DNA of 25,113 nucleotides from Fidelibacterota bacterium (GTDB lineage: Bacteria; Fidelibacterota; Marinisomatia; Marinisomatales; JABMOV01), in assembly GCA_046861395.1 (NCBI GenBank), contig JBHHUC010000030.1:1-25113 (forward strand). Direction: 5' to 3'. Shown piece by piece: positions 18,184-24,712 of this stretch. The translations under genes were made by a program, and so were the position numbers. The notes below the pieces were generated by a model. The model worked only from the letters and a program-made list of their open reading frames with translations, was not told where the DNA came from and searched no databases. Within the stretch, counting starts at the first letter, position 1, and every line of letters begins with the position of its first letter.

Positions 18184-19904
18184 AGTTTCCTCGTTGCACT
18201 GTGATTCCGTGTCACGTGAATGTCACGGACGTTGAATTGAATGGATGTGCGGCCCTGCCATTCATTGGTCTCCACCACGAAGGCCAGATCGATGGGCAGT
18301 CCCTTGATCAATGTTTCATAGTGGTGGGATAAGTTGAAGCCTACGGCGGCAAAGACGGTGCGGCCCTGGCGCACCCGGAACCGGATATGATCGCCATGGC
18401 CCATGACCTTGGGATTCCCCACCACCTCCAGGCCGCTGGCTTGGAATTTAGGCCGCATATTCCCGGGACCGTAGGGTCCCAATTTTTCCAGGAAGGACAT
18501 GAAACGACTGTCAATATCCTGCAGGACAACCTCACTGTCCAGGGTGAGGGTCGGTTCCATATCCTCCTCGGTTAAAATGGAGGCCACGTGGTTTAAAAAT
18601 GCCTGTTTAAAGGCCGGAAAATCTTCCTGTCGCACCGTGAGACCGGCCGCCATGGGATGGCCGCCATAGCCCGCCAGATGATCCTTCACCGCCGTGAGGG
18701 CCTGATAAAGATCCAAACCCGGAATGCTACGGGCGGAGCCTTTGCCCAGGCCGTCGGCATCCAGGGCAATGATGATGGCGGGACGGTGAAATTCATCCTT
18801 GATGCGGGAGGCCACGATGCCCACGACCCCGGGATGCCATCCGGCCTGCATGAGGACGACAGCCCGTTCCCGGGTCAAATCAACTTCACTGTTCACCTGG
18901 CGCAGGGCGTCGTCCACCACGGCCTGTTGAATGCGGCGGCGACGGTTATTTTCTTCGTCCAATTCCTTCGCCAACCGGCGCGCTTCAGCCTCATCGCTGG
19001 TGGTCAGAAGCCGGACGGTACGGTTGGCATCCCCCATGCGTCCGGCGGCATTGATGCGCGGTGCCAGGCCGAAGACCAATTGGCCCACGGAAGGAATTTT
19101 ATCCTCCAGGCCCGCCAGGGACAGTAAGGCGGCAATCCCGGGCCGGGAACTTTGGGGCATGAGGCGCAGGCCGTGGTAGGTGAGAATCCTGTTTTCATCA
19201 ATGATGGGAACCATGTCGGCGGCCGTACCCAGTGACACCAGATCCAGTAAATCCCAGAGGGGATTTAAGGAATGGGAACAATGTGTGAGCAGAGCCTGGG
19301 CCAGTTTGAAGGCCACGCCGGCGCCGCAGAGCGCTTTGAAAGGATAAGTACAATCCTCCCGTTTGGGATTCAGGATGGCCCAGGCGTCCGGCAATGTTTT
19401 GTCGGGCATGTGATGGTCGGTAATGATGATGTCCACGCCTTGGTCCCGGGCGGAAGCCACCTCGGCAACGGCATTGATACCACAGTCACAGGTAATGAGA
19501 AGGTCGGCCCCGAAATCAAGGGCCGCCGATATCCCCGGCTGGCTCAGGCCGTACCCCTCCGTGGCCCGGTCGGGAATATAGGGTCTGACCCGGGCGCCCA
19601 GGGTGGTGAGAATGCAATACAGGAGGCTGGCGGCGGTGGTCCCGTCCACGTCATAATCGCCGAAGATGAGAATGGGCGTTTTTGTTTCAATGTTATGGGC
19701 AATGCGTTTGACGGCCCGGGACATATCCTTCATGAGGTAGGGATCGTGGAGGTGCTGTAGATCGGGAGTAAAAAAGGTGCGCACCAAGTCCACGTCCTCC
19801 AACCCGCGCTGGATGAGAATGCGGGCCAGGGTGGGACTGCATTTCAATGCCCGTTGCAGCCCTTTGACCCGGTCGTTGTCAGCCGGTTTAATCTGCCAGC
19901 GCAT
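18180..19904 (-). CDS. recJ: Single-stranded-DNA-specific exonuclease RecJ
   Basis: DHH motifs GDYDVDG, TCDCG, TDHH, plus GTAADMVP, PRINAAGRM, GSARS and the DHHA1 motif GGHPMAAG. Confidence 0.97.
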   Translation of the reverse strand: MRWQIKPADNDRVKGLQRALKCSPTLARILIQRGLEDVDLVRTFFTPDLQHLHDPYLMKDMSRAVKRIAHNIETKTPILIFGDYDVDGTTAASLLYCILTTLGARVRPYIPDRATEGYGLSQPGISAALDFGADLLITCDCGINAVAEVASARDQGVDIIITDHHMPDKTLPDAWAILNPKREDCTYPFKALCGAGVAFKLAQALLTHCSHSLNPLWDLLDLVSLGTAADMVPIIDENRILTYHGLRLMPQSSRPGIAALLSLAGLEDKIPSVGQLVFGLAPRINAAGRMGDANRTVRLLTTSDEAEARRLAKELDEENNRRRRIQQAVVDDALRQVNSEVDLTRERAVVLMQAGWHPGVVGIVASRIKDEFHRPAIIIALDADGLGKGSARSIPGLDLYQALTAVKDHLAGYGGHPMAAGLTVRQEDFPAFKQAFLNHVASILTEEDMEPTLTLDSEVVLQDIDSRFMSFLEKLGPYGPGNMRPKFQASGLEVVGNPKVMGHGDHIRFRVRQGRTVFAAVGFNLSHHYETLIKGLPIDLAFVVETNEWQGRTSIQFNVRDIHVTRNHSATRKL

Positions 19905-19931
19905 CGGAAAATTTCATCACTTGTATTCCCA

Positions 19932-21917
19932 TTATACGTCGGTTGAATCGATAGCAGAACTGGCGCGCGGCAGTTCCACGATGGCCACCGTCCCCTGGCC
20001 CCATTCACTTTCAATTGTTACCGTTCCCTGCAACCGGTCGACATAGAGTTTCACCAGTGACAGTCCCAGTCCCAACCCTTCGAACTTACGATCCAGGCCC
20101 GTGCTTTCCTGGGCGAATAAATCAAACATGCGGTCCTGAAAACCGGGTTTCATGCCGATGCCCGTGTCCTGGATCCGGAGCCGGACGCCATCTGCCAGGG
20201 GGGAAAGTGTAATATGCACTTCACCGGAATAGGTAAAGACCAGTGCGTTATGGATGAGATTATAGATCACCTGTTTGACGATATATTTATCGGCCCAGAT
20301 GATACCGTTGTCACCACAGGTTTTAAGATGAATGTTATTTTGTCGAACCTGAATAATATGATCATATTCCTTCAGGGCCTGTTGGACCCCTGTTTCCACA
20401 TTAACCTTTTCCGGCATCATATCATAATCCCCACCGCTGACGCTGGCATAGTCCAGGATTTCGCTGATGGTACGGCTCAGACGATGGCCATTGGCTTTCA
20501 AAACCTGAAACGCTTCCAGATGTTCTTCATCCAGCTGATGCTCCAGGCTGTCCTTCAGCATTTCGGCATAACCCAGGATGGAATTGAGGGGGGTGCGGAT
20601 TTCATGGGAAAGATTGAATACAATGTTGGTAATGACCTGGCGCGCTTCTTTTTCCCGTTTCAGGGCTGCTTTCAAATCCTGTTCCTGTTGTTTCAGACGC
20701 GTAATATCCTGGACGATACCCTGAATACCGCTAATGTTTTGACCGCCATCGTCCCACACCGCCGTTGCGGACAACAGACCGTCCAGATGACGGCCGTCGG
20801 GCAGGATGAGGGGTACTGCAAAATCGGTAACCTGTCCCTCCGCCAGGATGCGGCGTACCAGCTCCCGGCGGTCCTCTTCCTGGCGGTAGAAGCTGGTTAC
20901 ATTGATTTTTCCCAACTGGTCTTCCGTAATGCCCAGCATGGTCAGCGCCGCCGGATTGGCGATGGTGAGGACGCCATCCAGGGTGGTGCGGTAAATGGCA
21001 TCGTGGGACTGGGTGAAAATGTCCCGGTACCGGGTTTCCGATGCTTCCAGGGCCCGATAACTGTCATGGAGGGCGGCCTGGTGCCGCAGGGCAATGAAGA
21101 GGATGGTGGGAAGGATCAGGGATACCAGGATACCGGTAATATAATAGAAAATCGTGGCCGGCGATTTGAAATGATTGATGAGGGACTGGTGGGGGCTGAC
21201 GGATACCATGAGTGTTTTGTCGTGGTACTTTACCGGATGCCTGCTTTGCAGTTTCAGCGACGGCAGCGTGGGAAATCCGTTGACTTCATACAGGGTGGTA
21301 TTCTTGTATTCAAATGCGATATGGAATTGGTCCAGGTTTCCTTCGTGGAGGTAGGCCTCCAGAAAATTGTTGAAACGGATGACACCGTTGAGATAGCCCC
21401 GGAAGCGGCCATCATGGATGATGGGTAAATAGGTGGCCAACCCCATCCCTCCCTGCCAGAGGATGAGGGGCGGTGTAAGGCGGTCACGGCGGGTGTCTTC
21501 CGCAGCCTGGAAGGTTGTATTGGCAAATTCATGGGTATGAAGGTCACGGTTTACGACCATTTCATTGCCCTCGAGGGGTGTGACCCAGCGGATGATGCCG
21601 GTGGTATCAATAAAATTTATGGCCTGAAAACCCTTGAAAAAGGTGAGAATATGTTCGGTTTCGGTCTGGAATTCCTGGCGGGATGTCACGTCGTGATCAC
21701 TGAAGCCGTCCCGTAATAAATAGAGGGCATTGAGGTGGGCGTTGAGTTGTTCGTCCAGGCGAATGGCAATCTGGGCGCTGGTAATATCGGTGAATGATTT
21801 TATTTCCCGCAGGTTGAAGGTAAAGAAGCTGCGGCCGATAACATATACACCCAGCAGCATGGCAATGCCCAGGAGAACAGGAATCTGATAATAATATTTG
21901 GAAAAGCGTTGTGACAT
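19932..21917 (-). CDS. Membrane sensor histidine kinase (CHASE-like sensor, PAS, HisKA, HATPase)
   Basis: Two TM segments flank a CHASE-like region (YLPIIHDGRFRGYLNGVI). PAS (YRDIF...DAIY...ANPA...QDIT), H-box SHEIRTPLN, N-box NLIHNA, G1 DTGIGM, F-box FDLF, G2 GLGLGL. No receiver domain. Confidence 0.92.
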   Translation of the reverse strand: MSQRFSKYYYQIPVLLGIAMLLGVYVIGRSFFTFNLREIKSFTDITSAQIAIRLDEQLNAHLNALYLLRDGFSDHDVTSRQEFQTETEHILTFFKGFQAINFIDTTGIIRWVTPLEGNEMVVNRDLHTHEFANTTFQAAEDTRRDRLTPPLILWQGGMGLATYLPIIHDGRFRGYLNGVIRFNNFLEAYLHEGNLDQFHIAFEYKNTTLYEVNGFPTLPSLKLQSRHPVKYHDKTLMVSVSPHQSLINHFKSPATIFYYITGILVSLILPTILFIALRHQAALHDSYRALEASETRYRDIFTQSHDAIYRTTLDGVLTIANPAALTMLGITEDQLGKINVTSFYRQEEDRRELVRRILAEGQVTDFAVPLILPDGRHLDGLLSATAVWDDGGQNISGIQGIVQDITRLKQQEQDLKAALKREKEARQVITNIVFNLSHEIRTPLNSILGYAEMLKDSLEHQLDEEHLEAFQVLKANGHRLSRTISEILDYASVSGGDYDMMPEKVNVETGVQQALKEYDHIIQVRQNNIHLKTCGDNGIIWADKYIVKQVIYNLIHNALVFTYSGEVHITLSPLADGVRLRIQDTGIGMKPGFQDRMFDLFAQESTGLDRKFEGLGLGLSLVKLYVDRLQGTVTIESEWGQGTVAIVELPRASSAIDSTDV

Positions 21918-21958
21918 AAGGAGAAATACGACAGGATATTTTACACTACCTGATCGGG

Positions 21959-21981
21959 AAAAACCAGCGTCGATTGGCTGG
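21959..21981 (-). terminator. Possible intrinsic terminator of rnpB
   Basis: On the - strand CCAGC-N8-GCTGG is followed by TTTTT, directly at the 3' end of P1. The stem is only 5 bp. Confidence 0.45.
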
Positions 21982-22528
21982 AAAATGAGTCGGTCTATAA
22001 GCCGTGTTCTGTATCCCGACTGGCGGGACGATGGTCATTCACCTGGTTCCGGCCTGGCAGCCGAATTCACGCAACCTACCCGCTCCTATCCGGTCTGGAC
22101 GGCGGTTTCCGGAGGCAATGCCGGCAACGATCAGCAGACGACTCGAAGCCGCAATTCCACCGGCGATCCACGACCCAGCACCGGGGGGAATCATTCTCAG
22201 ATTCCCGGCGATGCGGACCACATCTGGGAGCCTATTCGGTCTTGCACCGGACGGGGTTTACCAGCCCCCGGCCTCACAGCCGGGCCTGGTGGTCTCTTAC
22301 ACCACCCTTTCACCCTTTCCCACCTACGCTAAAGCGTCGGTGGGCAGGCCCAAGATTCGCACTCAGGCCGGCCGAAGCTTCAGCGCAGGCCGGTGGTTTC
22401 CTTTCTGTTGCACTGTCCATATCCTCACGGATCCTCCGCGTTACGGAGCGTCCTGTCCTGCGGTGCTCGGACTTTCCTCATCTTCCCGCCGGGGCGGGAA
22501 AACGCAACCATCCGACCGACTCATTTTC
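21981..22528 (-). ncRNA. rnpB: RNase P RNA, bacterial type A, unusually long (~548 nt)
   Basis: The - strand carries the universal segments GAGGAAAGTCC, AGTGCAACAGAAA, AGGGTGAAA, GGTAAACCCC, GCAAG, GGGTAGGTTGC, GAATGA and ACAGAACACGGCTTA in order. The ends form a 15-bp P1 (GAAAATGAGTCGGTC/GACCGACTCATTTTC); P3, P8, P9, P13, P14, P17, P18 and P19 can be drawn by hand. The exact mature ends are uncertain by a few nt. Confidence 0.97.
22319..22393. repeat. Inverted pair of 26-nt REP-like palindromic units inside rnpB P12
   Basis: Unit 1 at 22319-22344 (cccacctacgctaaagcgtcggtggg) and unit 2 at 22368-22393 (ccggccgaagcttcagcgcaggccgg). The reverse complement of unit 1 matches unit 2 at 19/26, and each unit is itself a hairpin with a 6-bp outer stem. 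Confidence 0.7.
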
Positions 22529-22752
22529 AATTGTCAATGATCGCTGGTACGATGAAAATTACGAAAAGATCCTGGCGCCCGATAGCCTTCCTTCGCCGGT
22601 GAACCAAGTCCTTGATGCCAACTATTGCTGTCCGGGAAAGGTATCGGTGCGTTTCTTCGGAAAATATCTTCTTAGCAGGATTCCGGTCGGGGAGCATAAT
22701 CTGTTCTCTTGGGGGACGAACGTATGATCCTTACCGACGAAGACCGTCCCGT

Positions 22753-22815
22753 GGTACCCCCCGGCAATGATTGGGGGAAAAAGCAGGATGGTAGCGGTGA
22801 TTTCCCGGGGGTACC
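22753..22815. repeat. Imperfect inverted repeat directly downstream of the zinc-ribbon gene
   Basis: GGTACCCCCCGG (22753-22764) pairs with CCGGGGGTACC (22805-22815): 11 bp with one bulge and a 40-nt spacer; no U-tract. Confidence 0.55.
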
Positions 22816-22819
22816 GGCC

Positions 22820-23530
22820 TCAGGCGTCGCTATCGGACCAGTATAAAAAGCGGTTACAACTGTCGCAGCTGGCCAGGCTGGCCCCACTTTTCACATCGGC
22901 AATTTTCTGGGGCGGAATGAAGGCGCCACAGCCGCCGCAGGCATTGGAGCGGATGGCAATGACGGCACCGCCGCGCCGGGCGGTGCGAACCCGGTCATAC
23001 TGGCGTAGATAACGGGCCTCGATGCGGGAGACCTTTTCCTCACGCTGGGCTTCCAGCCGGGCCTTTTCGTCCGAACTTTCAGCCACCTGTTGTTCCAAAA
23101 CCTGGCGCCGGGACTGTAAATCGCTGGTGATGGATTCCAGGCTGGATTCCTGCTCGGAAACCTGCGTTTCCAGCTGGGATTTTTCTTCCATCCATTCCAA
23201 AACTTCCGTTTCCACCGTATCCAATTCGGTCTTCAGGAAATCGATTTCATGCATGAGGGCGTCATATTGCTTATTGTTGCTGGCCAGGAAGGATTGATCC
23301 TTCAATCGGTCGATCCTGGTCTTCAGGTCCTGGCGGGTGGCTTCCGCTTTCTTCAGGGCCAGCTCCAATTCCTTGAGCCGGGTCTTGTCGGTATTCAGGG
23401 TGGCAATGAGGCGTTCTTCCCGGGCCGTCAGTTCGGCCACTTTTTTCGGTAAATCTCCCAGGAGGGCTTCCAGCTCCATGAGCTGGCTGTCAATGTCCTG
23501 GAGTTCAATCAATACTTGGATGTCTGTCAT
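22820..23530 (-). CDS. C4-type zinc-ribbon coiled-coil protein (DUF164 / HP0958 / CT398-like)
   Basis: LIELQDID start, long coiled coil with NNKQYDALMHEI, then YDRVR, CGGC...CDSCNRFLY. AAGGA SD at 23538-23542. This family commonly lies upstream of rnpB. Confidence 0.92.
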   Translation of the reverse strand: MTDIQVLIELQDIDSQLMELEALLGDLPKKVAELTAREERLIATLNTDKTRLKELELALKKAEATRQDLKTRIDRLKDQSFLASNNKQYDALMHEIDFLKTELDTVETEVLEWMEEKSQLETQVSEQESSLESITSDLQSRRQVLEQQVAESSDEKARLEAQREEKVSRIEARYLRQYDRVRTARRGGAVIAIRSNACGGCGAFIPPQKIADVKSGASLASCDSCNRFLYWSDSDA

Positions 23531-23544
23531 GTCCTATCCTTCTG

Positions 23545-23574
23545 AAAATGAAACTGCACCTCGAAGAGGTGCAG
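23545..23574 (-). terminator. Terminator-like hairpin immediately upstream of the zinc-ribbon gene
   Basis: On the - strand CTGCACCTC-TTC-GAGGTGCAG (9-bp perfect stem, 23554-23574) is followed by TTTCATTTT. Confidence 0.65.
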
Positions 23575-23813
23575 GGGGTGAATGGTGAAACCGGATCAGC
23601 ACTGAGGGGCCGATCCATAATTTTTAGGGCTATTAAACGATTTTCGCTTGGCATCAATACAGGATTTTCCCGGTGAATTCAAAGCAAAAGTTACGCATAA
23701 TCCCGGGCCGAAGGAAGGAATGAGACCAACCTTTTGGCCGCTTCCGGGCTAAAAAACCAGGCCTTTTCCGATATATGTAGGGTGAAACCACATAACGGAA
23801 AAAGGAGGTTATT

Positions 23814-24119
23814 ATGTTACAGGATGACCTGCAACACACCCCCGTCCGGCAGAAGGAACCAGCCACCTATCTGGTGGGCCTGGCCTACGATGCACCGGAC
23901 GACGATGACGGCTATTTCGATTTTCGCCGTCGCACCACCCTGGAAACCCTGGCGGAGGAAATTCAAACCATCCTGGATGAGGGACATCACCAGCCCACCT
24001 TTCCCCCGCAGGCCCGGCCCCGGCTTCTCTTTGTCTGGAATCTGGATGATCCGGAGGATGGGGACTGTTACGCCGCCGTCATGGAACGGCTGGAGGAGGG
24101 AGGCCGGCATGAAATATGA
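23814..24119 (+). CDS. Hypothetical small acidic protein, 101 aa
   Basis: Strong SD AAGGAGG at 23802-23808, 5 nt before the ATG. 23 Asp/Glu versus 9 Lys/Arg. No recognised domain. Confidence 0.7.
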   Translation: MLQDDLQHTPVRQKEPATYLVGLAYDAPDDDDGYFDFRRRTTLETLAEEIQTILDEGHHQPTFPPQARPRLLFVWNLDDPEDGDCYAAVMERLEEGGRHEI

Positions 24120-24213
24120 TCCCATCATCCTTCTGGAGGCCTTGATTGCCTGTTTGCAAAGTCTGCGCAACCTCTTTTGTCCTACTGCCAAGGATGAAAG
24201 GAAATCGTCATGA
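24109..24213 (+). CDS. Putative 34-aa small protein (MKYDPIILLEALIACLQSLRNLFCPTAKDERKSS)
   Basis: GGAGG SD at 24099-24103, 5 nt before ATG 24109. It overlaps the upstream gene's 3' end and its stop overlaps the radC start (ATGA), filling the gap exactly. Confidence 0.45.
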   Translation: MKYDPIILLEALIACLQSLRNLFCPTAKDERKSS

Positions 24214-24665
24214 CCCCCGCCCTCGACCAGGTCAGTGACCATGATCTGGACCGGGAATATCGGCGGCGGTTCTTTCTCAGGGCCGGGGTCACGGTGGACC
24301 ATTCCCAGGCAGCGGCCCAGCATTTCACGGCCCTCTTTGCCGCCGAACCGGATCGGGAATGCTTTGCCCTGCTCTATCTCAATCACCAGAACGGACTTTT
24401 GCATTCGGAAATTCTGTTTAAGGGATCCCTGTCCGAAGCGCCGGTCTATCCCCGGGAAATCATCAAACGGGCCTTCCAGCATCAGGCGGCGGCCCTGATC
24501 TGCGCCCACAATCATCCCTCCGGCCTCCTCCATCCCAGTCCCGACGACCGTGAGGTGACTACCCGCATTCGCCGGGCCTGTGAGACGGTGGCCATCACCC
24601 TCCATGATCATCTCATCATCAGTGGGCAGGGCTGGTTCAGTTTTGCCGATGAAGGGTTGCTCTGA
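24210..24665 (+). CDS. radC: Short-form RadC / JAB (MPN) domain protein
   Basis: RECFALLYLN, FKGSL, VYPREI, JAMM motif HNHPSG...PSPDD, LHDHLII. It lacks the N-terminal HhH region of full-length RadC. AAGGA SD. Confidence 0.93.
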   Translation: MTPALDQVSDHDLDREYRRRFFLRAGVTVDHSQAAAQHFTALFAAEPDRECFALLYLNHQNGLLHSEILFKGSLSEAPVYPREIIKRAFQHQAAALICAHNHPSGLLHPSPDDREVTTRIRRACETVAITLHDHLIISGQGWFSFADEGLL

Positions 24666-24672
24666 ACGCAAT

Positions 24673-24696
24673 GGGGGAAGGGTTAGCCCTTCCCCC
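24673..24696. terminator. Perfect GC-rich hairpin between convergent genes (terminator or REP-like)
   Basis: GGGGGAAGGG-TTAG-CCCTTCCCCC: 10-bp stem, no clear U-tract on either side. Confidence 0.5.
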
Positions 24697-24712
24697 GGGC
24701 GCCCCGGTTGGA

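Noticed and set aside
20214..21428. 404-aa + strand ORF
   Set aside because: It is entirely antisense to the well-supported histidine kinase and has no recognisable motifs; a shadow ORF.
21898..22727. ORFs of 144, 178, 161, 69 and 60 aa overlapping rnpB
   Set aside because: They lie over the RNase P RNA gene, have Pro/Arg/Gly/Ser-rich non-protein-like composition, and are explained by GC-rich structured RNA.
23582..23650. Possible tRNA or tRNA remnant (- strand ...TTTCACCA before a terminator)
   Set aside because: No T-loop (GTTCRA), D-arm or cloverleaf can be drawn.
23701..23725. SRP-RNA-like string CCGGGCCGAAGGAAGG
   Set aside because: It lacks the CAGG...GGAA...AGCAG helix-8 motif and the long enclosing hairpin.
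23734..24108. Long 159-aa version of the ORF ending at 24213
   Set aside because: It has a TTG start without an SD and overlaps the 101-aa ORF that has a strong SD; only the last 34 codons (from ATG 24109) were kept.
23817..24671. 284-aa - strand ORF
   Set aside because: Antisense shadow of radC and the acidic ORF, both of which have SD sites (and, for radC, clear motifs).
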